Below, piece by piece: positions 9,457-38,673 of a stretch of 64,000 nt of DNA. This DNA is from Flaccisagitta enflata (Eukaryota). Below the pieces are notes generated by a model, which did no database searches, was not told the origin of the DNA, and saw nothing but the letters and a program-made list of their open reading frames with translations. The translations under genes and the position numbers were made by a program. The stretch spans positions 47,678,001 through 47,742,000 of the forward strand of contig OZ231126.1 of the NCBI GenBank assembly GCA_965153355.1. Direction: 5' to 3'. Position 1 is the stretch's first letter; each line of letters opens with the position of its first letter.

Positions 9457-10210
9457 TATTACACCGCTCTCAGATCGAAATGTCGCGAAAAGAAGATATA
9501 TTACTCCTAAAATACTTAAGACAACTACTTGATTCTTTTTTCCTGTGGTAGATAATTTGATTAAGTTTTGTCACAAAAAAAAGAATTAAAGCCCCAGTGT
9601 TGATATATTTGCTCTAAATTTCATGACAAAAATCAGTCGATTTCAGCCTTTTTTCATGGAAAAAATGAGGTTAGATAGCAGCAGTGCTTCTTTTTTTCAA
9701 CAAGAGTGGTCCTACAGTGTTGGTTATGAGGAATTAATGAAGTTTTGTTTGAAATTCCAAAAGATTTGACTTATGTGATGCAGTAATGATTGATTTTGAC
9801 CCCAAAACACCGCAAAAACCTCAAAATTTGGGAAAATTTTGAAAAATTGTCTGCAAATTGTTCAAAATTGATATCAGTGAGAACAATTTTTCCTTACAGC
9901 CTAATCTACATTAAATCCTCTTGAATTCTAGACTAATTCCAGCAATTCAGCTCAATTTGTGTAGAAATGACAACTATGAAATAAAGTAAAGAAAAAGTTG
10001 TTTGGAAAAAAATCCTTCAATGTGAAACATGCAATATTTATTTATTGTGAGTAGGAGGCCTGAATTTTTTAGTTGGTGGGATATTCTTTGCTTGTAGTAA
10101 ATCTTAATCAAATTATCTACCAGGGAAAAAAAGAAAAACTAATTACTATGAATAGTTTTGGAGTAATATATCTTCTTTTCGCGACATTTCGATCTGAAAG
10201 CGGTGTAATA
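9457..10210. mobile_element. MITE with ~50-bp terminal inverted repeats
   Basis: TATTACACCGCTCTCAGATCGAAATGTCGCGAAAAGAAGATATATTACTCC ... GGAGTAATATATCTTCTTTTCGCGACATTTCGATCTGAAAGCGGTGTAATA, with an AT-rich non-coding interior. Confidence 0.85.
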
Positions 10211-10785
10211 AGAGTTATGGGCGAGTATGCAATGCTTCGGCAGCTAGCAGTAGGAGCTCGGCACACTGTGCGTCGAGGCGCAACTGAAGTTGCATAACTT
10301 AAAAGGTGATACATAGAACAGTTTTAGAACACTTTCTTAGAAAACCACGTTTACAGCTTCACCCCACCGCCGCCCTCCCCTCCTCGCGCTGCTTTCTTTG
10401 CTATGTGAGAAGTGTGAAGTGAAATGTAAACGCTGCGAAATTAAAGATGCAGAAACGTGGCCGGGTAAAAAAAGGGAAAGCGAACCCAGAGCAAATTTCT
10501 GGGCCGTGGATCAGGGCTGAGCTCTTTAGTCGCGTGTCACTAGCTGCGTGAATCCGTCTCCGTCCGTCCGTTTGCAATCAAAACCTTAACGAAGTTTTCC
10601 CTCTGAAGAAGACTAACAGGTATTACGCTATTGCTGTAAACATATGGACGATACAGATGGGGCTGTCTTTGAAAACCTCACGCGACCTTGTTCTTATAAA
10701 CCTTTTTCCTAGCAATATACAGTATGACGGTGAAATGAAAAAAGGTGAAATGAAAAACGGCGAACTGAAAAGCTGGAAACGTGCG

Positions 10786-10873
<88 letters not shown>

Positions 10874-11005
10874 CCAGAATCAGTCGCCCAAAAGCAATAT
10901 TTGGTAAGCGATACCTGTTACCCTGCTTTGTATAAATGCGGATGTGATGCTAAATGAAAGAAGCAACAAGCGAGACAACAGCCTCGAAACAGAGTCAGTC
11001 GTGTA

Positions 11006-11415
11006 CCACGTGGATCCAAAAAAAAGACGCAGCTATCTATTTATTGACAAAACAGATATCGAAAATAATTTTAACAATTTTTGACAAAGACATTTTGAAA
11101 GATTTTCAAAAAATCTTTCAATCTAGACCAATCCCAGGTCTGTATCTCAAACGGTTTAGAAGCTAGAGCCCTGCAAAGAGAAGCACTATTTAGTGAAAAT
11201 GCTTTTTTATATAGGGATTGCGAAACTGAAATGGGCAATGTTTTTACTCAAACTAATGCCATTCCTAAACGAATAAAGATAGAAATACCAGATTGGCGCC
11301 AAATGAAAGTACTTTCAAAGGGCTTTCAAATGACCTATGATTTTCATAAGTTTTTTTTATATTCATAGGCAAAATTAGTCATTCAACAGTGCGTCTTTTT
11401 TTTTGAGTCGTATGG
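11006..11415. mobile_element. Diverged TA-flanked MITE (Tc1/mariner-like). A related fragment lies at ~50070-50292.
   Basis: TA|CCACGTGGATCCAAAAAAAAGACGCA ... TGCGTCTTTTTTTTTGAGTCGTATGG|TA. The internal GAAATACCAGATTGG.GCCAAATGAAAG is shared with the 50.1 kb copy. Confidence 0.6.
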
Positions 11416-11480
11416 TAGGATAAACTTGGATTTTTTACGTCCTACTAAAGAGGGGTTAAAAGGGCTTTTTGAGGGTTATC

Positions 11481-12823
11481 ACCCGTAATGGCGGCTGTCG
11501 CCGTGAGGAAAAAAGTCGTAAGCTTTGCTCACTTTTCAACAAACTTTTCTCTTCAGTCACTGCAATTTTTTTTATTTGTTAGATCAAATCAAGAACAATT
11601 ATATGTATTGAAAAAAAGGACTGAGCGAAATGAGCTAGATGAGCTACAATATTCAAAATCACTAAACCAGACAACCAGTTATGCTCACTGACATGCTTTC
11701 TTGTAATTGCATGCTTAAATCAAAACATTTATATTTATCTGTTTTGAAATCAGGAAAACATAGATACTTACCCTATCAATTTTGTTGGAGAGATCAATCG
11801 GCCGGATCAGATTATTAAGAAAATGAAAACCATATTTTTCTCAAATATGTCAAAAAGTCAAAGACTGACTTCAACTTTTTTCCTGACAAGACCCGAAAAA
11901 GCTGATTCAGGGACTGTTTGGGATGGTTGGAGGCTTAGGAAGGCCGTCCAAACGCGTTTAGGACTAACGATCATGAAGATAATCGGGAAAAAAGTCAAAG
12001 TCAGTCTTCGACTTTTTGACATATTCGAGAGAAACGGGGTTTTCATTTTCTTATGGGGAAGTTGAGTATCTCCACCGACCAAATGTGGCCTCCAATGAAA
12101 TTGATAGGGTAAGTAAATTTGATCATTCTCTTTTATTTGGCGCCAAGCAGAATGCTCTACGGCAAATATTTTTCGCATTATGAATTTCTAAAGATCTATT
12201 TACAAAAAATTCAAATTGATTTTTTTTTTATTTTTTATGATTTTCAGTGGGATCAATAAAGCAGTGTATTTAAGTTTGTTTGAGCATGCAAATACAAGAA
12301 AACATGTTTATGAGCATATCTGCTCATCTGTGAGAGTGTTTTTGAGCATTTTAGCTCATTTAGCTCATTTAGCTCAGTCTGTTTTTCTGATTTAAAATGC
12401 GATAAATGAATAAATGTTTTGATACATGTTTGAGCTTGCAAATACTAGAAAGTATGTCAGTGAGGAGAGTTGCTCATCTGTGAAGGTGTTTCTGAGTATT
12501 CTAACTCACTTTGCTCATTTCGCTCATTTTTTTCTGATTTTTAATTAGATAAATAAATATTTTGATGGGAGCATGTAAATACAAGAAAGCATGTCAGTGA
12601 GCATAGCTGATTGTCTGGTTGAGTGATTTTGAGCATTTTAGCTCATCTAGCTCATTTGGCTCATTCCTATTTTTCTCTGATATTCAGTGCAATCAATACA
12701 TATAATGGCTCTTGATTTGATCTAATAGAAAAAAAGATTTGCATTGACAAAAGACAAAAGATTGATGAAAAGTGATCAATGTTTACGACTTTTTTCCTCA
12801 CGGCGACAGCCGCCATTACTGGT
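11481..12823. mobile_element. Foldback-type element with ~270-bp terminal inverted repeats and internal ~140-150 bp subrepeats
   Basis: ACCCGTAATGGCGGCTGTCGCCGTGAGGAAAAAAGTCGTAA... is mirrored by ...TTACGACTTTTTTCCTCACGGCGACAGCCGCCATTACTGGT. The inverted match continues through the GAGCTAGATGAGCTA/CTCACTGACATGCTTTCTTGTA block, which is triplicated in the right arm. Confidence 0.85.
11765..12116. mobile_element. Palindromic MITE nested in the foldback element
   Basis: TACTTACCCTATCAATTT ... AAATTGATAGGGTAAGTA, with inner inverted blocks ATATGTCAAAAAGTC.AAGACTGACTT / AAGTCAGTCTT.GACTTTTTGACATAT. Confidence 0.75.
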
Positions 12824-13275
12824 AAAAAAAATCTTTGGTAGGTTTCGGCGACAGATTCATTATTTTAAAAAAAATTGATTTTTAAGTTGAAGGATTCATT
12901 TTCTTCAAAAGCGTCAAGGTGTTATGATAATTACATTTTATTGTGCAAATGAACTTTTGCACCACAATCCAGTCAATGCAGTGATGTGGAGGCAAGAGAA
13001 CGGTCAGCGCGGGCAGAGAGAACAGGAGTTAAACAATTTTTTTTTCAGCAGTAAATAAATCATGTTTAAAAGGCCTGGTTTCAACTTCAAAAACTGGACC
13101 GGCGGCGTCAGTCAGCCGGAAAAGTGCAGCAGGATGAAGCAGCCAGAAAAACTAGCCGGACGAAAGCAGCCGGAAATGGCGCAGCGAGATATGGAGAAGG
13201 AAAGGAACACAAACGGAATTTTTAATGTCAAACGAGGGACCAAATGGAAGAAACATAAACACGCCGAAACCGCGG

Positions 13276-13418
<143 letters not shown>

Positions 13419-13845
13419 GCAAACAGATAAACAATCGGATGTGAAACATGTTCTGGGATAAGAAGACAGAAAGAAGGTCGACAGAGAGATAGACAGATGG
13501 AAAGAGACTGACGGACCGACAGAGGGACATTCATAAGAGGCACTTAAGACGACCAGAAAGACACTAAAGACAGGAAGACACTAAAGACAGAAAGACACTT
13601 AAGACAGGAAGACACTTAAGATGGACAGAAAGCGAGAAAGGCGGAGTTAGTAAGGCATACAACAAGAGTGGAATAGTCAATGAGGGGCTCACTTTCGCCC
13701 TTACTCAATGGACGGACAATGAAAGCCCGTACGGGGGATCACACAGACCGGCAAAGAAAAAGGAACATAAAGATCAAAGGTTGTCTCAGCGAGGATGACT
13801 AAATAAAAGCAGAAAAACAGAAAAAAAGATGAAAGGGTACACCAC

Positions 13846-13894
<49 letters not shown>

Positions 13895-14070
13895 GACAGT
13901 AACACAAACAATCAGACATGCAGACGATGAGGAACATATGGTAAGTAAAGGCAATACTCTCACACGTGCGACCTGAAATTCAAAGTGCATCAGATATTAA
14001 GATCTTTCATTCAACAAAAGCAAAAAAAAGTGCCCACAAGATTCCGGCAAGCAGAATAAGGTTTCATATG

Positions 14071-14872
14071 GGCAATTTCTCCTATAAAGTGGGCCAGCTG
14101 AAAAACATGATTTGGTAGGCAGATAAACACAGTTTCCTCCCATTAATTATTTTGTTGATGGTGATAACTGTTCTGGTACATCTCCTTGAACCAAGTGTCC
14201 AACATACAAGCTTCATAGTCAAGATTTTGATAGGTTAGATGGCCAAAATTAGAGCCAAATAAGCCTATTTTCCCTGTCACACTTGTGTCACACTTCATAT
14301 CTACTATGATAAAGGCACCAAAAAATTGTCAAGCCTATCCAACTATGGGTCATTTTTGTATGACTGCTATCCCTACAGAAACATAAAAAATTTCATGGTG
14401 ATCAGTGGTTATTTACTATGGAAAAAGTTCACTCATAGTTGATTTGTCAAAAATAATAAAGTAATCAATTTTGATGTAGTAATATGCTATACACAAAATA
14501 ACATATTTCTAAGCGTGATGAAAAAAAAATTTTTCCCCCTATTTAGTAAAGACATAACCCAGGTTACATGCCAAATTTCAGACCTTCATGTCAATTCTAG
14601 CCGGTGATATTGATTTTTAAAAAAGTGTCCTATCAAGTTAACACCTTGTCACACTTATGTCACACTGTTTTTCATAAAAAATTATATAATTAAACACAGT
14701 TTAAGACTTTTAGTGATTTTTTCAGTATGAATTAAAAGAGTATCAAATTCTGAGCCTGGAATCAAAAGTTCAAGCTGATAGATGCAACTATTATTAAATT
14801 ATATTATTTTTTTCGCTGTTAACTCAATCAGGCGCTTGATTTTGGCCGGCCCAGTTTATAGGAGAAACTGCC
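14071..14872. mobile_element. 802-bp non-autonomous DNA transposon, GG...CC termini, 4-bp TSD (TATG)
   Basis: TATG|GGCAATTTCTCCTATAAAGTGGGCC ... GGCCCAGTTTATAGGAGAAACTGCC|TATG. Paralog of 28880-31347. Confidence 0.85.
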
Positions 14873-15296
14873 TATGGTAGATTTTTTAGAGAAACTTGAA
14901 CAGTTAAAGACAATCCATGATCTCAAATGATAGATTTATGAAAAAAATACAAAAATTGACAGTGAATTGGACAAATTGATTCAGAATGGTTCTGTTTAGA
15001 TTAATAGATCATTCACCACTGATGATTTTCAGTTTCTAAACCAAATTTCATGATCTTCCGACTCTGCAGTCCTGCTTCCGAGAAGCGGCGCTTCCCGCTT
15101 CTCCACAATCTGTATGTCTGATTATTAGTGCAGTATTGGACCACTGGGCGCAATGACGCTGCGCCTACAGTCGCTATACGGACAATCAATGGCGAACGAG
15201 TTAACCCAGGGTGTAAGCCTCAAAGGAAGAAAATGTTACCCCAGCAAAGCACGGATTAGGAAGATGAAAGGGAGTTTAATCCATGTGACAAAATTA

Positions 15297-15381
<85 letters not shown>

Positions 15382-15852
15382 GCAGAAAACAGACATATGC
15401 TTAGAGAGACAGAGAGAGGGAGGTAGATAGAGAGAGAGAGAGAGATTACGAGAGATAAAAGTTGATGGAGAGAAGCCAAACACAGAGAGAGTAGACAGAC
15501 TAATAGACGGATAGGCATAAGGAGGCAGAAAACAGACATATGCTTAGAGAGCGACAGAGAGAGGGAGGTAGATAGATAGACATACAGAGAGAGAGAGAGA
15601 GAGAGATGACGAGAGATAAAAGTTGATGGAGAGAAGCCAAACACTTGCGACGTAAACCGCTTTGCTTCCACGAGAAAAGGGCGAAAGAGGGTATTGAGAG
15701 GAGAAGAGACAGGAAGAAGAAGAAGAGGCAAAGTAGGAGGAGGAGGAAGGGGAAGAGGAAGAGGAGCAAGAAAAGGAAATAACGGAGGTCGAGGAACGTA
15801 GGAGGAGAGAGGGAGGAATGGAGAGAAACACCCAGTGAACTAGTAGACCGTC

Positions 15853-16510
15853 TAACAGGTCGCCCAAGGGCAATATGTGGTCAGCGATACCCGTTGCCCT
15901 GCTTTGAGTGATTGTGAATTGGAGTGAGGGGAAGCAGGGCAGCGGCCCCGAAGGGGACGAAGTAGAACACAGGGGGACTTTCGTTCGTCCTGCCTTAAGA
16001 TGTAGATAAGGTGCTTTAGAGGGCTGACTGAAGGCCCTCAAGAGCCTAAACTGAGGTCTAAGAAGGCTGATGTAAGGCCTGAGAATGCCAATCGGAAGCT
16101 TGAGAGGGCTGAATTGAGGCTTGAGAGGTCTGACTTGACGCTTGACAGGCCAGAGGACTGGATTGAGGCTTGAAAGGTCAGAGCACTGAGAGCAATGAAT
16201 TGAGGCTTAGACAGCTGATTTGAGGCCTGAGAGGCCTAATTTGAGGCCTGAGAGGTTGAATTTGAGGCCTGAGAGGTTGAATTTGAGGCTGGAGAGGACT
16301 GAGAGGCTGGATTTGAGGCCTGGGAGGCTGGATTTGAGGCCTGAGAGGCTGGATTAGAGGCCTGAAGGCCAGGTGAGGTCTCAGAGGCCAGATTTGAGTA
16401 TCAGAGGCCAGGTGAGCCTGAAGGGCCTAATGAGAACGAGGGAGCAGACGGACGAAACGAACGGACGGACGGACGAACAAAGTCCCCTGTGTTCTACAGG
16501 ACTTCCCCTT
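15853..16510 (-). mobile_element. HINE/Helentron-like non-autonomous element with long subterminal inverted repeats and an internal ~21-bp tandem array
   Basis: Its first ~110 bp are near-identical to 34084-34195. It has the inverted pair TAGAACACAGGGGACTTT / AAAGTCCCCTGTGTTCTA, a (GGAC)n tract and a GAGGCCTGAGAGGCTGGATTT array. Confidence 0.7.
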
Positions 16511-17568
16511 CAGAACACCTAAAAGGAGGAAAGACAGAAGAGAGAGAGAGAGAGACAGAGAGAGAGAGACACAGAGAGAGAGACAGAGAGACAGAGAGAC
16601 AGAAAGAGGCAGATATCGATCAAAGCCATAAAATAACAGCTCTTAACGAACGAGCGTCGCACTAAGGAACCAAGAAATGCTGGATTGTCGCACTATGAGT
16701 TGGCGAAAAAGCATAATGACATTTACTAGTTACATAGTTAGTCGCGCTACTTTGAAGGTCCGTATCTGTCCGTCCGTGCCGTGTGTCCGTTCGTCCCTAA
16801 TGCTGCCTAAAGCTGAAAATTAATACATGAACCAGCATTTGCGTATATGCATCATTGCTGCAATCTATCCCGCATGAGCAGCGCAGTAATTTCTCGAAGT
16901 CATATTGGGACGAGCAAGCAAACGACCCGGAACTAATCTCTAGCCAAGACTAACAATCGGACATTCCTCTTGCCCTCTTGTCCTCTTGTCTTGTTACAAA
17001 CAGTGGAATTTGACAATAAAAGAAAAGACTGTAAAAGACGCGTTCTGCTGCATTTTGTCTTTAAAGAAGTGAATATATTTGGGTGCTTCACATAGCAAAA
17101 GTTGTGAATTTCTCTCCGTCCCGCTTACCTTATGTGGAATGGTTAGTTTTAGGACCCTTAACATTTTTCTTTTCCTCAAAATCATTCCTCTTTCGTTTTT
17201 TAGCAAGCTTTTTGTGAGACTTAATTTGCATAATGCAGTGGGATAAATTATTGTGCTGATGTTCTTTTAAATGATTTATACTAATTTTTTTTTTTTTTTG
17301 AAATTGTTCATCAGCTTTCTAAGTTAGCTCTTACATGGTTTTTGCTATATTATTGAAGTTTATCCTTACAAATATTATGATTTTCTAATACAAATAACTG
17401 CCCTATAAGTAACAAAACTATGGAAGGAATTTTCAATTCCCATTGATTTCTATGGGTAAGTTCAAGGTCAAAACAAAAATAGAAGACGATAGAATTAAAA
17501 AAAAAACGCTCATCTTCATGATTTTTGATCCTCACTATTGCGTAAGCGGGATGAAGGAATACTCCCAA

Positions 17569-17743
17569 TTTTTAGTCGCGGACAAGCGACTCTATACCTT
17601 GCCGTGTTGGTCAGTCAGTCGGTAGGTCGGTCGGTCGGTAGGTTGGTTGGTCGGTAGGTCACATTTTTGAATTCCGAGCGGTTTTCGCATTGCTGCTCCT
17701 GCCCAACCGTCCGCAACTGGATTGCCGTGTATCCGGCCTTGTT
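17569..17743 (+). mobile_element. DINE-1/HINE-like short element
   Basis: T-run, AGTCGCGGAC subTIR, (GGTC)n, GTCCGCAACT subTIR, 3' hairpin GCCGTGTATCCGGC, TTGTT. Confidence 0.75.
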
Positions 17744-19259
17744 CCTATGTGAAGCATCCAAATGGTATATGGCAAGCAAGGGGAGATATTAATCAAAACG
17801 TTATCGCAATGTTACATGTTTACCGTTACTGCGATTTTATTTGTACCTCGTAACTTCCTATCCATCTGCCCCAGGCATGACTTTCTGGTAAAGATATAAC
17901 ATGTTTTGCAAGAAACAAGTTTGATAGACAAACAATAGATGCGCCCCCGTTGATACTGGTAGGTTGATAGTATGCAATGATTAAATGACTTTTCTAGACA
18001 AAGAAACAATTTCAGACCATGACTTTGTTTATTAAATACGTAGATGACATGAATAGATGTACAGAAAGTAGAATGTTAAAGACTGAAAGAAAATTTCTTT
18101 ATTGTGATACTATTTGCATAAAGTAGATGAGTGTTTATTTTTCATGAATTCCATATTCTTCAAGAATTCTTTGTTAAAATTATTTTTAGAATAAGAAATT
18201 TGGAGGACAAAAGCAATCCAATTCTTTCTTATAAGATGTTCTATTTCATTCAGTCTTAAGGGAAACGAATGAATGATGCGCTGGATAAGTTAGAGTAATG
18301 CATGGATTTCGATAAAAAAAAATTAAATCATTGAGGTGGGAGGGACGGGGGCTAGAACCATAATACAGTCAAGGATAAAGATAGCAGCTCTAGAGATGCG
18401 AGGACGCATCTAATAAGGTTAGGGGTGGTGTTTGAGTGTGTGGGAGTGCGTAAACTGACTTTAAGAAAATGGGGGACGGACCGACGGACGGACGGACGGA
18501 CACACCCTCTTATAGAGATGCGAGGACGCATCTAAAAATATCTCGACTTGGTAGCGTTACAACTGGCAAATGACGGATATATGTCGATATATTTGAGTTC
18601 ATGATACAACGGTTGAGGCATTAAAAAAAGATGACGATAACAACAACAACAACAACAACAACAGCAACAACAACAACAATCACAAAAGTTCAGAAGGCAA
18701 AAATGATTTACAAACGCACGAGTAAAAATTAAGGGCCCTCTGCATGCTGCATGAACGAAATTCCAAAATTGATAAACGATGAATGAATAAATGGATGATT
18801 GCGTTATGTCAACTTATGTGTATACAGAGGCGATGAAAATGCAATGAGAGGAGCAGCCAAAGTCTCAAGCAACCCCCCCCCTGCAGATCAAATGATCAAT
18901 ATTATATCGACTTTCAAGATAGCAGCTGGCAGCTTATTCCAATAGTAGTCCCGCTATCAAGGCAATTTTTTTATTTCAATCTAGTTTTCAAGAAATAGCC
19001 TTTTAAAACCTTAAAATCAATCATTTTGACTAGTATTGAATTTCACCCTATTATTGCCATTAGTTCAGATAATAGGAAAAAATTAAGAAATCACCTTGAA
19101 AGCAGGAATTGAAGCCATGAGGGGGGAGGGGTTGCTGAATATTTTGCGGCTCCTCGCATTGTATATAAAAATGTTGACCTTTATTAATGGGGAACCTTTA
19201 AAAGCAAGGCGTGTATTGCGGGGTTCCACTGTATATGTATACATTGACATGAATACCGT

Positions 19260-35021
<15,762 letters not shown>

Positions 35022-36603
35022 TTTCAAATTTTGATTGAATTTGACGATTATTGATAACAGAGAAAATGGTCAAGAACGTAATTTTTTTTTAACAAAATTC
35101 ACTCTGTGCTTCATCAGAGTCATCAGACACAGCAGAAGTTAGAAATGATAGTGAGAAATTGGGGAAAAGAAGTAGGAAACTGAAACCAGAAAAAGATAAC
35201 GGGAGAGAGTGGAAAAGATGCCCGAGGAGCAACAGTTCAATTTTCACCCTAATTCATTTTCAAAAGTTGAAATTTTTTTGCTGCTCTGTAGAGAGAGTAG
35301 AGGTAAAATTTCTTGATTTCAGATTGAAAAAAAAAAGATTTTCATTATTATCTCGAACCTGTCATCATTGGTCGCCCTTATTTGACAGCATTATCGCTCT
35401 GTACCCACTTATGCAGTGACAAAGGTAGTATTTGGTCTGATCCTAAATTTGAACGCCAGGTTTTGAATTCTAATGTTTTTTTCGTCGCGCACTACTCGTC
35501 TCTAAACACCACTTTTTGGTCGGTCCGTCCGTCCGTTCGTCTGTCCATCCGTCCATCTATTACAATTGCACAAAGTTCTTATACGTGGTTTGTAAGTCCT
35601 AAAATTTGTCAAAAATAGTTCGAAACTGGAAAATGTGTTAAGAAATGTTAAAAGTGATTAAAAGGGTATAAGTGTTCGAATAAAAGTGTTGTAACGTGTT
35701 ATGGATTGACGACCGCACGCGACATGGAGGTGTTGCCCTTGTTGAATAAGAACTTTATATTTACTTTTTTTCGAGAAAAGAACGTACCTTGGTGTTGTGT
35801 GAAAGCCTTTACCCTTTATGTTTGGTTTGTGCAAATTTACGTCAGTCATTTTCCTCGAAGACTCATCCATGCATAAAACAGTTTGTCCATTACTCGATCT
35901 GCAATCCCGGTTTTTTCTGGATGTTAATAGAGTAGTTAGCACATTTTTGATGTTATGAACATATACAATGTATGCATTTACATTTATGTAACCTTTCTCC
36001 ATTTTATCTGTCCGTTGGCCATGTCCGCGTTAAAAAAAAAAGAAGAATTTGGATATCCAAATGGGGAATTCAAATGCAAACAATACAATGGTCCATTTGA
36101 CGCGGAACAACAGCTAACAGTCAAATTGAACTTAGCCTTTAGCCCTCGAGAGAGAAATAATTGAAAAAATAATCAACTGTCGTCAACATAGTAGAGATAA
36201 ATTCTGTCTTCATATTGATAACTCCTCATTATTGGCATCGTCGTTGCATCACCGTCGTCGTCGATGCATCGTCTTCATCGTCGTCGTCGTCGTCGATGCA
36301 TCGTCTTCATCGTCGTCGTCGTCGTCGATGCATCGTCTTCATCGTCTTCATTCCATAGCTTACGCCCGGGGGTTCGCCAACCCGCATTGGTGCTGTTGAG
36401 GCCCGCGGCGAAAGTGGCAAACCCGAAGAAGGGAAACCGCCGACGGCGAAGCAAATGAAGCAGAGGAGGAGGAGGAGGAGGAGGAGGAGGAGGAGGAGGA
36501 GGAGGAGGAGGAGGAGGAGGAGGAGGAGGAAAAGCAAGAATGAGAAAAGTAGAAAAACCCCGAAGGTTCAAAATGTGGGAGGATATAACAAAAGAGCATG
36601 AAA

Positions 36604-36634
<31 letters not shown>

Positions 36635-36635
36635 C

Positions 36636-36688
<53 letters not shown>

Positions 36689-38444
36689 CGATGATGATAT
36701 TGATGATGATAAAACACACAGCCACCATACTGATGGCATACTGACGGGATAAAGATCAAGAGGCACGAAAAATGATCCGCCCGTAATCGATTGAAATTTC
36801 CTCCAGTTAAGTTATTAGGCACTTATGTAATTAGAAACCAAAATTCCTTCACCTCACAAAAACCAAGATCAAGGGCCCCGATCCCTATCAGAACAAGCAG
36901 AAGAGGATCGGGTAAAGACGAACGAGGGACCGACGAAGGTTGTGACGGGATCTTACACTTAAAAGTGTGTTTACAACGAGGATCAAAGCGGTGGTTTTAA
37001 ACTCCTGAACAAAACATGTGCTGGGGGGAAGGAGTGGGAGGGGGGGTGCAAGGTCCAGCCCATCCTCGCCAATGAACTACTCTGAAAATTTCAAGGCTGC
37101 AAAGCATTTCTTTTAAAAGCACATACATCGAGCACAACATTGATAATACGTCTCCATAACTTTCGCAGAATGAGACAATGGGGGGGGGGGCTAAAAGAAA
37201 CAGTGTGGCCCATTACCATGTTCCAAGGATGTGAAGAGAGCTCAACTTTATACATCCCCGCAAAAAAAGAGTATGAAGGAGAAAACAAGGGGGAAAAAAA
37301 GGATTTCAAAAAACAGAAAAATCAGGGAATAAGGCGAAGAGATGAGGCGACCCCGAGGCCATGGGAAAGGGAAAGATGAAACTTAGCTGGCGGCCTTTTT
37401 AGCCCTTCTCTTTTGATGGCATTGAATTTTCGAAAAAGAAAGAAAAGAGATTAAAAAATGAAAGTACTAGAAAAGGGCTCAAATGGAAAACATTGAATTA
37501 TCTTTTTCTGAAGTCCCGTGAATTTCTATTTCATTAAAAAAATAAAACGCCGCAAACGCTGATTACTGAAAGGTAAGCATTAAGATTGACGTCTCTCCCT
37601 TGTCAGATCCTAGTTGCTGATGGGTATCAAATATCTTTTTTTTCCAACACCAGATCAACCCTCATAATGGCCTCATCCCACCCTCGCATTCCCTGCCAAT
37701 TGGTAATCATTACTCATGGCCGTATAATACAGAGCATGGATAATTGTGACTTTTAGTCGCGTGCACGCGACTCTATACCTTGCCATGTCAGTCGGTAGGT
37801 CTGTCCGTCAAATTCCTAAATCATGGATTTTTTTTATATTATGGTAAGAAAGGGTTAAATTTGTTATTTTCAACATTTCTAACATTCTAGTGTTTCAGGG
37901 TATTTTCTGTTGTTTTTGGTTATTTTCGATTATTTTCGGGTACTTGAATTAAGGTAAGTTAAGGAAGGAAGGAAGGAAGGAAGGAAGGAAGGAAGGAAGG
38001 AAGGGAGGGAGGGAGGGAGGAAGGAAGAAAGGAAGGAAGGGAGGAGGGGGAATGAAGGGAGGAGAGGAAAAAAGAAAAGAAAGGAATGAAGGGAACAAGT
38101 AGAAGTAGAAGTAATGTAAGGTGGGAAGAAAGGAAGGAAGGAAGGATTATGTATGTAAAATGGAGCACACGACTGTTGGCCCATTGGGCTTGCTTTTTAT
38201 TTCCCATGCACATTGTGGGGAGGGAATTGACACAACGAAAACTTTTTTAATCTAAAATATTGGTAGAGATTTGATAACGATGAATCTGAGGCTAATGAGG
38301 CTATAGACACGACCAGATCAACATCAAAGACAGATTTATCAATGACAGCGTGATGATCAACTGAATATACCTATTTAGATTTCCTTTTCTCATCTTCGAA
38401 ACATGGGAAGCGCTGATGATAGCAAATATGATGGCGTAACCCGG

Positions 38445-38564
<120 letters not shown>

Positions 38565-38612
38565 GTACACACATATATGTACACAGACCGACGGACAGAC
38601 AGACTAAAAGAC

Positions 38613-38673
<61 letters not shown>

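Noticed and set aside
36240-36770. Coding-looking ORFs around (GAG)n/(GAT)n
   Set aside because: They are dominated by trinucleotide repeats, with no recognisable domain or consistent splice model.
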